This document shows positions 1-8,452 of a stretch of DNA of 64,000 bases, piece after piece (position 1 is the first letter of the stretch; each line of letters starts with the position of its first letter). The notes under the pieces were generated by a model. The model saw nothing but the letters and a program-made list of their open reading frames with translations, ran no database searches and was not told the DNA's origin. Made by a program: the position numbers and the translations under genes. Source of the stretch: Dehalococcoidia bacterium (GTDB lineage Bacteria; Chloroflexota; Dehalococcoidia; UBA2979). Where the stretch lies: the NCBI GenBank assembly GCA_965262725.1, contig OZ253555.1, positions 1,024,001-1,088,000 on the forward strand. The letters run 5' to 3'.

Positions 1-1
1 G

Positions 2-232
2 GCCGAGGGCTTCTCCATCGGCCTCGATCGGATCTTCGAGACCGCGCGTCGCGTCGATTCCAACACCATGGGTCTCCAGTACCTCGAGATGATGAAGAGC
101 CTCGGGGAGGGCGCGTCGACGAAGTGGATCATCCCGATGGATCTCGCCTCGGCCGCCACCACGCTGAGCGGCACGCTCGCCGGCCTTGCCGCTTCAGGTC
201 GCGGCGACGGCGCGGACGGGCCGGATGCATGA
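2..232 (+). CDS. SPFH/band-7 (stomatin/QmcA-like) protein, C-terminal part (runs off the window start)
   Basis: Frame from 2 reads AEGFSIGLDRIF...MGLQYLEMMKSLGEGASTKWIIPMDL..., like SPFH C-termini; an nfeD gene is adjacent; stop TGA at 230-232. Confidence 0.65.
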   Translation, partial: AEGFSIGLDRIFETARRVDSNTMGLQYLEMMKSLGEGASTKWIIPMDLASAATTLSGTLAGLAASGRGDGADGPDA

Positions 233-239
233 GGAGACG

Positions 240-1394
240 CTAGAGACGCGCTCCACGCGGAGGCTCTGAGCGCTCGGTTCCCGACATGTAGTTGCGGGTG
301 ATTGCGACGATACCCACGGCGGCGATGATCGCCGTCGCGACCACTCCGAGCCCGACGACGGCGAGCAGGCGGCGCAGATCGATCTCCGTTGAACCCTGGC
401 CGACGAAGATGCTCAGCGCGATGACGACGGCGATTGCTCCGCCGGAGCCGAGGATCCCCCCGCTCGCGACGAACGCCTCGAGCGTGAGCAGCGCGATGCC
501 GAGAACAAGCAACGCGACGGCGGCCTCGGTGGGCAGCAGGGATCCGATGCCGAGCAGCGAGGCGATGGTCGCCGTAATGCCGACGACGGCCGGCAGGAAC
601 AGCCCTGGATTCAGCATCTCGACTACGAGGCCCGACACGCCGACCGCGATGAGTATCGAGAGCACGATCGGGTCGCCGAGAATCTCGAGGGCCCGCTCGT
701 AGACGTTGCGGTCGTTGAAGTGGAGCGGGGCCTCCCCGACCTCGATCGTCCGCTCGTCGCCCGAGAGCAGGCGGACGCTCCGTCCCTCGGCGGTTGCGAG
801 CAACTCGAGAAGTGAGGATGCCTCGAAGTCGACGATGTTCTCCGCAGCCGCCTCCGAGGGGGTCGCGGAGACGGCCGCGCGCACAGCCGCCTCTGCCCAG
901 TCCGCGTTGCGTCCGCGTAGCTCCGCGACGCCGCGTGCGAAGGCGACCGTGTCGTTTTCCACCTTGCGGCCGAGCGCTCCCTCGACATCCTCGCCCGTCG
1001 CCGTTACCGGCGTAGCGGCTCCGATCGATGTGCTGGGCGCCATTGCGGCGATGTGGCCGGCCATCACGACGAAGGTGCCGGCGGAGGCCGCCCGCCCGCC
1101 CGGTGGCGTGACGAAGGTCAGCACCGGTACCGTGGCTTGCTCGATTCGACCCACGATCGCCCGCATCGATTCGATGTCGCCGCCGGGCGTGTTGACGCGG
1201 ATGACGACGGCGGCGGCCTCCTCGGCCTCGGCGCGATCGATCCCGCGGTCGATGTAGCGCACAAGCACGTGGCTGACCGAGGTGTCGGCCGTCAGGACGT
1301 GGACCGCGGCCGGGGGCGCCGACGTGGCGCACGCCGTGGCGACGCCTGCCAGCGCTGCACAGGCGAGCACGAGGAGCCCCGATCGGAGCGTCAT
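240..1394 (-). CDS. nfeD: NfeD family membrane-bound ClpP-class serine protease
   Basis: Signal/lipoprotein-like N-terminus, NTPGG and AASAG motifs, IGAATPV, K..ND, followed by several TM helices; ATG at 1394 chosen over ORF start 1478. Confidence 0.88.
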   Translation of the reverse strand: MTLRSGLLVLACAALAGVATACATSAPPAAVHVLTADTSVSHVLVRYIDRGIDRAEAEEAAAVVIRVNTPGGDIESMRAIVGRIEQATVPVLTFVTPPGGRAASAGTFVVMAGHIAAMAPSTSIGAATPVTATGEDVEGALGRKVENDTVAFARGVAELRGRNADWAEAAVRAAVSATPSEAAAENIVDFEASSLLELLATAEGRSVRLLSGDERTIEVGEAPLHFNDRNVYERALEILGDPIVLSILIAVGVSGLVVEMLNPGLFLPAVVGITATIASLLGIGSLLPTEAAVALLVLGIALLTLEAFVASGGILGSGGAIAVVIALSIFVGQGSTEIDLRRLLAVVGLGVVATAIIAAVGIVAITRNYMSGTERSEPPRGARL

Positions 1395-1504
1395 GTCCCG
1401 TATGGTAGCCGCCCCGCCGGGCGGCCTGCCGTGGGGATGCCGGTCACGGGCGACGGCTCCGCGCGCATGCTCGTGCACGAGGACCCGGACGGAAGAGCAC
1501 GATC

Positions 1505-1741
1505 ATGGCGACACTGAAGCGGGCGCTGGCGGTTCTGCTGGTCGCGACCGCAGTGGCCGCCGCCGTCAATCTCATCCTTACGCCGCTGTACCACGACGGC
1601 TCCTCCACCTACGCCGTGTGGGAGGCGATCAACTGGTTCATGGCGGCTTCGACAGTGGTCGTACTGGCCGTGAACTACCTGCGCTCGCGCGGTCTCGGAG
1701 GCCGCGACGCCGACACGCTCGACCACGTGCGGGTGACCTAG
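1505..1741 (+). CDS. small hypothetical membrane protein
   Basis: 78 aa with two hydrophobic helices and an ATG start. Confidence 0.45.
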   Translation: MATLKRALAVLLVATAVAAAVNLILTPLYHDGSSTYAVWEAINWFMAASTVVVLAVNYLRSRGLGGRDADTLDHVRVT

Positions 1742-1931
1742 CATGGTCGTGTGTTCCGTGTCCACCCGATCGACGTGGGCATCCGGCTCGGGCCGCGTCG
1801 GTTGCGGGCTTCGAGATCAGCACCTCCGCCGGATGCAGGGAAGGCAACTCCCCGATCGCCCGTCCACGGCATGCGCCTGTCGCGCCCTCCGGTCGTCGGG
1901 GACGTGGATGGCGGCGATCTGGGCGTCGCGC

Positions 1932-3488
1932 CTAGAAGGCGAGCGGTCGGATCACGTATCGCGCGTGTGACCAGAGGAAGCAGTGCAGGGGGAGGTACTC
2001 CGGCGTGAGGAACCACGGGTGCAGCCCCTCGCGGTACGCCACGACGTAGGTGTGCCCGGCAAGAGGTACGCATGCCGCATCCGCGACCAGTTCGCGCTGC
2101 AGCGCCTCGTAGAGCGCGGGTTGTTCTGCCGACGCCGCATGCCGGATCGCTCGCAGCCGCGCGCTGACTCTCGGGGTCGGGAAGAGCCGTCCTGGCATGT
2201 CGTGGGGCGGTGCGAAATCGATACCGAGGTCGTATTGCCGATCGGCGATCCCGTGCGAGCAGTCCCCCCGCAGATAGAGGTCAGGCGTCTCCCCGTCACC
2301 GAGGTCCGAGATGTGCCGCACGCGCACGCGGAGCCCGATCGCGCCGAGCGCCTCGGCGACGATCGCGCCAATGCGTCGGGACTCGCCGGAGGCGATGTCG
2401 CCAGGGTCGTCGCTACCGGGGATCCCGAACGTCACCTCCGCGCCGACGGCGCCGGCCTCATCAAGCAACCTCGAGGCGCGTCCCGCGTCCTGCTCATGGT
2501 CCCAGCCGGCCTCGGTGAAGGCCGGCGTGTTCGGCTGGTAGATCCCCCGCTGCCGCTCCGCGTATCCGCCGTAGGCCTCGCGCACGATGCGATCGTACGG
2601 GACGGCACGCAGGACCGCCTCGCGGGCGCGGCGATCGTCGAAGGGGGGGCGGCTGCGGTCCATCTCGATCGTGGCGTGGTTGGTCCGCGAGAGCAGCAGA
2701 CGGACGTCGCCCGCTGCACGCAGCCGCTCTGCCTCGTCGGGGTAGAGCCCCGCCACGACGTTCGCCTCACCTCCCTCGAAGAGAGCGATCGCCTCGGCGC
2801 GGCTGGGGGCGGTGAGGTAGCTGACGCTGTCGACGGGGGGCGCGCCCGCCCAGAAGTCGGGCCGAGGTACGAGCTCGAGACGTTCGCCGTCGCGGTGGGT
2901 CATCGTGAAGCCGCCGAAGCCGCACGAGTTGTCGGCGAGATGAGCCGCGGCCCACGGATCGTCCTCGGTCGCGTGCCGCTGGGCCTCGGCTGCGTCGACG
3001 ATCGCAGCCGTCGCATAGCAGAGGAAGCGGGGGAGGTGCGGGTTGTGGCCGTCGATGCGGAACTCGACGCGCCGGCGGTCCAGCGCCCGCACGCCCCCCT
3101 CGCGCGCGACCCCGGCGATGGTGGAGGCTCGCCACATCCCGACGGCGCGGAACGCGAAGACGCGCTGGTAGCTCCAGACGACATCCTCGGCGGTGAGTTC
3201 GTGCCCGGCGTGACTGCGGACACCCTGACGGAGCGTCACGATCCAGCGAGAGTCCCCGTCGCGCGTCTCGAACGACTCGGCGAGGCGGCCCTGGATGCGC
3301 GAGAAGTCGGCGAACCGGCGGCCATCCGGGAGCGTCGCGGCGGTGGGTGCGGCGAGCGCGTCGAACACGTGGTGGGCGAGGTGGTACGGCTTCGCGAGAC
3401 CCTTCTGCGTGTAGCCCCACGGTGGGTCGCAGTCGAGCGCTGCCTCGGTCGTCCAGACCGGCATGACTAGGCGCGCCCCATCGACCAC
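1932..3488 (-). CDS. ABC transporter family-5 (peptide/nickel-like) substrate-binding domain protein
   Basis: LAESF...W.VTLRQGVRSH.G.ELTAEDVVWS, GFGGF and PPFDD.R.R.A motifs; GTG start at 3488 with GGAGG upstream; the 773-aa ORF extension overlaps the MFS gene. Confidence 0.8.
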   Translation of the reverse strand: MVDGARLVMPVWTTEAALDCDPPWGYTQKGLAKPYHLAHHVFDALAAPTAATLPDGRRFADFSRIQGRLAESFETRDGDSRWIVTLRQGVRSHAGHELTAEDVVWSYQRVFAFRAVGMWRASTIAGVAREGGVRALDRRRVEFRIDGHNPHLPRFLCYATAAIVDAAEAQRHATEDDPWAAAHLADNSCGFGGFTMTHRDGERLELVPRPDFWAGAPPVDSVSYLTAPSRAEAIALFEGGEANVVAGLYPDEAERLRAAGDVRLLLSRTNHATIEMDRSRPPFDDRRAREAVLRAVPYDRIVREAYGGYAERQRGIYQPNTPAFTEAGWDHEQDAGRASRLLDEAGAVGAEVTFGIPGSDDPGDIASGESRRIGAIVAEALGAIGLRVRVRHISDLGDGETPDLYLRGDCSHGIADRQYDLGIDFAPPHDMPGRLFPTPRVSARLRAIRHAASAEQPALYEALQRELVADAACVPLAGHTYVVAYREGLHPWFLTPEYLPLHCFLWSHARYVIRPLAF

Positions 3489-3544
3489 CGTCACGCCTCC
3501 GTTTGCCCACCGTCCCCGCGGCCGCCCGCGGCGAACGGCGCTCC

Positions 3545-4858
3545 TCAGGCGATGCGTCGCACGCGCGGCACGAGCACGAGCACACCGACCGCGAAGACTA
3601 TCAGCGCTGCCGAGAGCGCGCCGAGCGCGATCTGAATGCCCACGGCCTCCGCGACCAGGCCTACGAACAGTGTCCCCCCCGACATCATTCCCCACTGGGT
3701 CATCCAAATCGACATCACCCGGCCGCGGTAGCGGTCCTCGACGTAGCTCTGCAGAAGCACGTTGCCCAGCGTCTGACGGCCGGCGGTGCCGATTCCGACG
3801 AGAACCATGATCGACGCCGCAACGGCCAACGTATCCGAGGCGGAGAAGGCGAGCAGCGAGGCGCCCAGGAAGATGGCGGAGAGCAGGTAGAGAAGCCCGC
3901 GGCGGCGCTCCGGGAGCGATGCGATCACCAGCGAGCCGAGCAGCGAGCCGGCGCCGGAGATGCCCATCAGGATCCCGAGTTCGCCGGCGTCGCCGTCGAG
4001 CACGTCCGAGACGAAGCCGGGCAGCATCATCAGGTAGGGCATCGCGAGGATCGCGGTGACGAAGCTGACGCTGACCAGCGCGAACATGACCGGATCGCGC
4101 ATCACGTAACGTAGGCCGTCGGCCAGATCCGATCCGCCGGAGTTGCGGAGACCTCGGGGCCGTGGCGAGTGGTCGGCGGCGGGCCGGGCCGGTACGGGGA
4201 TCAGGCCGACGATGGCGATCAGGTAGAGAGCTGCCATGAGCACGTAGGACCAACCCGCCCCGAAGCTCGCGACGACGAAGCCGCCGACGGCCGGTGCGAG
4301 CAGGCGCATCAGGTTCATGCCCGATGCGTTGAGCGCGACGGCGTTCATCAACCGATGGGGCAAGACGACCTCCGGGATCATCGCCTGTCGCGACGGCATC
4401 ATGAGAGCCATCACCGTGCCCTGGACGATCGACGCCACCAGCAGGTGTTCGAACCGCAGGACGTCGGTGAACAGCAGGGCCGCCACGGCGAGCGCGAGAA
4501 GCACGTTCGCGCTCTGGCCCAGCTGCAGCACGAGCTTGCGCGGCGCACGATCTGCGATCACGCCCCCGATGAGGGAGAGCGTGACCATCGGAATTGCGCT
4601 CACGAGCCCGATCACTCCGAGTGCCGCGAACGATCCGGTGAGCTCGAAGGCCAGATAGCCCCGCACGAGCATCTGCATGTTCATTGCCGCCATCTGCCCG
4701 AGCATGGCGATGAAGAACCAGCGGAAGTCGCGCTGGCGCAACGAATCGAACGTGCGCGGCGAGAAGCGCGGCCGCTGCGCGCGTGGAGGGCTCCCGCCCG
4801 CGGCGCGTGACGCTGCCGGCGGCCGACCGGTTGCAGGCGAGCCAAGACTCGATGCCAC
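3545..4858 (-). CDS. MFS transporter (MFS_3/EntS-like)
   Basis: About 12 TM segments, GGVIADR.PRK motif A, SRQAMIPEVV, YRGRVMS. Confidence 0.92.
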   Translation of the reverse strand: MASSLGSPATGRPPAASRAAGGSPPRAQRPRFSPRTFDSLRQRDFRWFFIAMLGQMAAMNMQMLVRGYLAFELTGSFAALGVIGLVSAIPMVTLSLIGGVIADRAPRKLVLQLGQSANVLLALAVAALLFTDVLRFEHLLVASIVQGTVMALMMPSRQAMIPEVVLPHRLMNAVALNASGMNLMRLLAPAVGGFVVASFGAGWSYVLMAALYLIAIVGLIPVPARPAADHSPRPRGLRNSGGSDLADGLRYVMRDPVMFALVSVSFVTAILAMPYLMMLPGFVSDVLDGDAGELGILMGISGAGSLLGSLVIASLPERRRGLLYLLSAIFLGASLLAFSASDTLAVAASIMVLVGIGTAGRQTLGNVLLQSYVEDRYRGRVMSIWMTQWGMMSGGTLFVGLVAEAVGIQIALGALSAALIVFAVGVLVLVPRVRRIA

Positions 4859-5194
4859 TGGCTTACCGTCGCTCCCCGCTCCCTATGACGTTAACGTCAG
4901 AGTCGCCGAATCGGGGAAACATCGCAACCGACGTGCTGCGGGAGAGCGTCCTGGGCGGCCGTGGCCGCGTGATTCGGAGGGCGTCGCATCAGGCGATTTG
5001 CTTACGCCCGGGGCGCGGGAACATGCGAGGCTGCGTGGTGTAAGGTAGGTTCGTTGCCGCGTGCGGCGAGACCGGCGAGAGTGCCGTACAGTCGACGGTG
5101 GGCATGGTAGTTGGGCAACCGCCCGGTGAAGGCGGGTCGGCCCCCGGCGGTTGTAGGGGGTCGGTGGCTCAGACACCGGAGGAGAAGGGTGGCA

Positions 5195-5533
5195 ATGGAA
5201 ATCTCTTCGGAGGTAAAGGGGCGCGCTCTCATTGCGAACATTGGCGAGCGCATCGATGGCAGCAATGCTCTCGACTTTCAGAATGCCCTGACGGAATTGA
5301 TTAGCGACAACGAGCGCGACGTGATCCTGGATTTCGAGAACCTGAAGTACATCAGCAGTGCGGGACTGCGGGTCATCCTGATGACGGCGAAGGCCGTGCA
5401 GCGTCAGAACGCGCAGTTGATGGTTTGCTCGCTCTCCGAGTCCGTGCGGGAGGTATTCAAGATCAGCGGCTTTGACAGGATAATCCCCGTCGAGGACTCG
5501 CAGGAAGACGCGATCGCCGCAACCAACTCCTGA
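5195..5533 (+). CDS. STAS-domain anti-sigma-factor antagonist (RsbV/SpoIIAA-like)
   Basis: ILDFENLKYISSAGLRVI with the phospho-acceptor Ser; VREVFKISGF; GGAGGAG upstream. Confidence 0.93.
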   Translation: MEISSEVKGRALIANIGERIDGSNALDFQNALTELISDNERDVILDFENLKYISSAGLRVILMTAKAVQRQNAQLMVCSLSESVREVFKISGFDRIIPVEDSQEDAIAATNS

Positions 5534-5574
5534 TCACCCCGGCCAGCCTGCGGTCATAGCGAGCGTCGAGGACT

Positions 5575-6747
5575 GTGGTACAGAAGAGCCTGCATCCGTT
5601 CAGGATTCTTGTCGTCGATGACGAGCCCGATCTTGAGCCCCTCATGCTGCAGCGCATGCGTCGGAGCATCCGCCAGGGTGAGTATTCGTTTGCCTTCGCC
5701 CACAACGGGGTAGAGGCGCTCGACGTTCTGGGCAAGGATCCGAGCATCGACATGGTGCTGTCGGACATCAACATGCCCCAGATGGACGGTCTTACGCTGC
5801 TCGATCAGATCCCCCGCGTGTCTCCCGACATTCGCTGCGTCATCGTCTCGGCTTACGGTGACATGAAGAACATTCGCGTCGCCATGAACCGTGGCGCTTT
5901 CGATTTCGTCACGAAACCCATCGACTTTGAGGACCTCAAGCTCACCATCGACCGTACGATGAGGCACCTCGAGGAGTGGCGGGCGGCGCTGGCGTCCCGC
6001 GACAAGCTGGTGTCACTCCAGAATGAGCTCGATGTCGCTAGCAAGATGCAGAGGTCCATTCTTCCGATGGAGTTCCCGAGAAGCTCCGAGTACGAGCTCT
6101 CGGCTCGCATGCAGGCGGCCCGCAACGTGGGCGGTGACTTTTACGACGTCATGAATCTCGACAAGGACCGCATCGGCCTCGCCATAGCGGACGTGTCGGA
6201 TAAGGGCGTCCCGGCCGCTCTCTTCATGATGTCCTGTCGCACATTGCTGAAGGGCTCCGCCATTGGCCGCGGGGCTCCGGGTGTGGTGCTGAACGAGGTC
6301 AACGACCTGCTTCAGGAGAGCAACGATGCCGCGATGTTCGTCACGGCGCTGTACGCTGTCTATGATCCGTCCACTGGAGTCTTGACCTATGCCAACGGGG
6401 GGCACAACACACCGCTGGTAGTTCATCCCGACGGGACGTCCGACGCGCTGCCGCTCACCGACGGTATCGCCCTTGCCGTCGTACCGGGATATGAGTACAA
6501 ACAGACCTCGATCACACTGTCTCCCGGAGACGCGATCGTCCTCTATACTGACGGTGTGACGGAAGCGATGAACGAGCGCGACGAGGAGTTCGGGATGGAG
6601 CGTCTGGTGGAGCTCTTCGCGACTACTCCGCCGACCGATACGGAAGAGGCCATCGATGCGGTCTTCCAGGCAGTAAACGACTTCGCGGGCGAGGCACCGC
6701 AATCCGACGATATCACCTGCCTGATCTTCCGCAGGAGCGAGAGCTAA
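5575..6747 (+). CDS. response-regulator receiver + PP2C/SpoIIE phosphatase (RsbU/RsbY-like)
   Basis: REC: ILVVDDE, LSDINMP.MDG, FVTKP; PP2C: GGDFYD, IADVSDKG, YTDGVTE, SDDIT. Confidence 0.95.
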   Translation: MVQKSLHPFRILVVDDEPDLEPLMLQRMRRSIRQGEYSFAFAHNGVEALDVLGKDPSIDMVLSDINMPQMDGLTLLDQIPRVSPDIRCVIVSAYGDMKNIRVAMNRGAFDFVTKPIDFEDLKLTIDRTMRHLEEWRAALASRDKLVSLQNELDVASKMQRSILPMEFPRSSEYELSARMQAARNVGGDFYDVMNLDKDRIGLAIADVSDKGVPAALFMMSCRTLLKGSAIGRGAPGVVLNEVNDLLQESNDAAMFVTALYAVYDPSTGVLTYANGGHNTPLVVHPDGTSDALPLTDGIALAVVPGYEYKQTSITLSPGDAIVLYTDGVTEAMNERDEEFGMERLVELFATTPPTDTEEAIDAVFQAVNDFAGEAPQSDDITCLIFRRSES

Positions 6748-6749
6748 GG

Positions 6750-7160
6750 GTGAGCGAGCAACTGTCGCTTAGTTTTGCGCCGAAGGTTGAGGAGCTGCAA
6801 CGTCTCCTGTCGGCCGTCGAGGATTTGGCCCAGCGAGAGAATTGGCCGGAGGGCCTGATCTTCCGTGCGACGCTCGTGCTCGAAGAGCTTGCGCTGAATA
6901 TCGTGAATCACGCGCACAGCGAGATGTTCGACGTGACGCTGGCATCTGATGCCGACGCCGTGACGATCGAGATCGTGGACAGCGGGAGTCCCTTCAATCC
7001 CCTGACAGATGCGCCGCCGCCGGACTTGGTCTCATCCGTCGGTGAGCGCAAGGTCGGTGGCCTCGGCGTCCACTTCGTCAAGACGATGATGGACGAGGTG
7101 TCCTATCACAGGAAGGGCGACCGAAACCACCTCACGATGGTGGCCCATCGGGACGAATGA
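6750..7160 (+). CDS. anti-sigma factor Ser/Thr kinase (RsbW-like, HATPase_c_2)
   Basis: EELALNIVNHA, DSG.PFNP, GGLGVHFVK..MDEV.Y. Confidence 0.93.
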   Translation: MSEQLSLSFAPKVEELQRLLSAVEDLAQRENWPEGLIFRATLVLEELALNIVNHAHSEMFDVTLASDADAVTIEIVDSGSPFNPLTDAPPPDLVSSVGERKVGGLGVHFVKTMMDEVSYHRKGDRNHLTMVAHRDE

Positions 7161-8452
7161 GTCAGCGAGCTCCTCGCCGAGCATCGCCGCTACTGCTGCT
7201 CGGTCTCGTCATAGTCATCCTCACAGGCAGCATCAGCTCGTGCTCGTCGTCAGAGGATGCGACCGCTACACGCGCACCGGCGCCGAGCGCCACTGCGCCG
7301 CCTAGCTCCGCCCGGCCGGCGGAGCCCGGGCCGGCGGGTGGCTCCGGCGAGACGAGCGGCGTCTCCGACGAGCGCGTTCTCTTCGGCCAGTCCGCCGCCT
7401 TCAGCGGCCCCGCTCAGGGACTGGGGAGAGACATGCGCCACGGGATCGCCGCGGCCTTCTTGGAGGTGAATCGCGCTGGTGGCGTGCACGGCCGGGTCAT
7501 CGAGCTCCAGTCCCTCGACGACACGTATGAGCCTGAGGCTGCGATCGCGAACACGCTCCGTCTCATCGAGGACGAGCAGGTGTTCGCCCTGATCGGCGCT
7601 GTGGGGACGCCCACGTCACGCTCCGCCACGCCGGTCGCGCTCTCGGCCGGTGTTCCCTACGTCGCCCCGTTTACCGGTGCCGCCTTCCTGCGCGACGCCC
7701 AGCTGCTGGGGAACGTCATCAACCTCCGCGCCTCCTACAACCAGGAGACCGAGAAGATGGTTGCGGAGCTCACGAGCGTGGGTATCGAGCGCATCGCCGT
7801 GATGTACCAAGATGATTCGTTCGGTCGGGCGGGCTACGAGGGCGCGCTGCTCGCGCTCGGCCGGCGCGGGATGGAGCCCGTGGCGGTCGGGCTGTACCCG
7901 CGCAACACGCAGGCCGTGAAGACCGCCTTACTCGACCTGCGGAGGGGGAGCCCACAGGCGGTGATCATGATCGGCGCCTACGAACCGGTCGGGACGTTCA
8001 TCGCATGGGCACGCACGACCGGCATGGACGCGGTCTTCATGACCGTCTCTTTCGTGGGGAGCAATGCGCTGGCTGAACAGCTCGGCCCCCGTGGGGAAGG
8101 AGTCGTCGTCACGCAGGTCGTGCCCTTCCCATCGGACACATCCGTACCGGTCGTCGCTTCTTACCGCCGAGCCCTCTCTGCCTATGACCCGGTGGTGCGT
8201 CCGGGATTCGTCTCGCTGGAGGGCTATCTGGCTGGCCGCCTCGCGATCGCCGGCCTTGAGCGCTGCGGGCCGGATCTGACTCGCACATGTTTCCGCGAAG
8301 CCATCCTCGGCGCTGCGTCGATAGACGTCGGCGATTTCGAGCTGCGCTACGGCGAGGGCGACAACCAGGGATCGGATGAGGTCTTCCTGACGGTGATCGG
8401 GAGCGACGGGCTGTACTATCCGATTGAGCGATTGGCGGAAGTGCGGCCGTGA
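7157..8452 (+). CDS. type-1 periplasmic binding lipoprotein (LivK-like fold)
   Basis: Lipobox-like ISSC, GQSAAFSGP, GGVHGR.IEL..LDD.YEP, VGTPT; ATGA overlap with the upstream gene. Confidence 0.88.
   Translation: MSQRAPRRASPLLLLGLVIVILTGSISSCSSSEDATATRAPAPSATAPPSSARPAEPGPAGGSGETSGVSDERVLFGQSAAFSGPAQGLGRDMRHGIAAAFLEVNRAGGVHGRVIELQSLDDTYEPEAAIANTLRLIEDEQVFALIGAVGTPTSRSATPVALSAGVPYVAPFTGAAFLRDAQLLGNVINLRASYNQETEKMVAELTSVGIERIAVMYQDDSFGRAGYEGALLALGRRGMEPVAVGLYPRNTQAVKTALLDLRRGSPQAVIMIGAYEPVGTFIAWARTTGMDAVFMTVSFVGSNALAEQLGPRGEGVVVTQVVPFPSDTSVPVVASYRRALSAYDPVVRPGFVSLEGYLAGRLAIAGLERCGPDLTRTCFREAILGAASIDVGDFELRYGEGDNQGSDEVFLTVIGSDGLYYPIERLAEVRP

Noticed and set aside
3489-4253. N-terminal extension of the 773-aa SBP ORF
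   Set aside because: Arg-rich off-frame read through the MFS gene, a high-GC artefact
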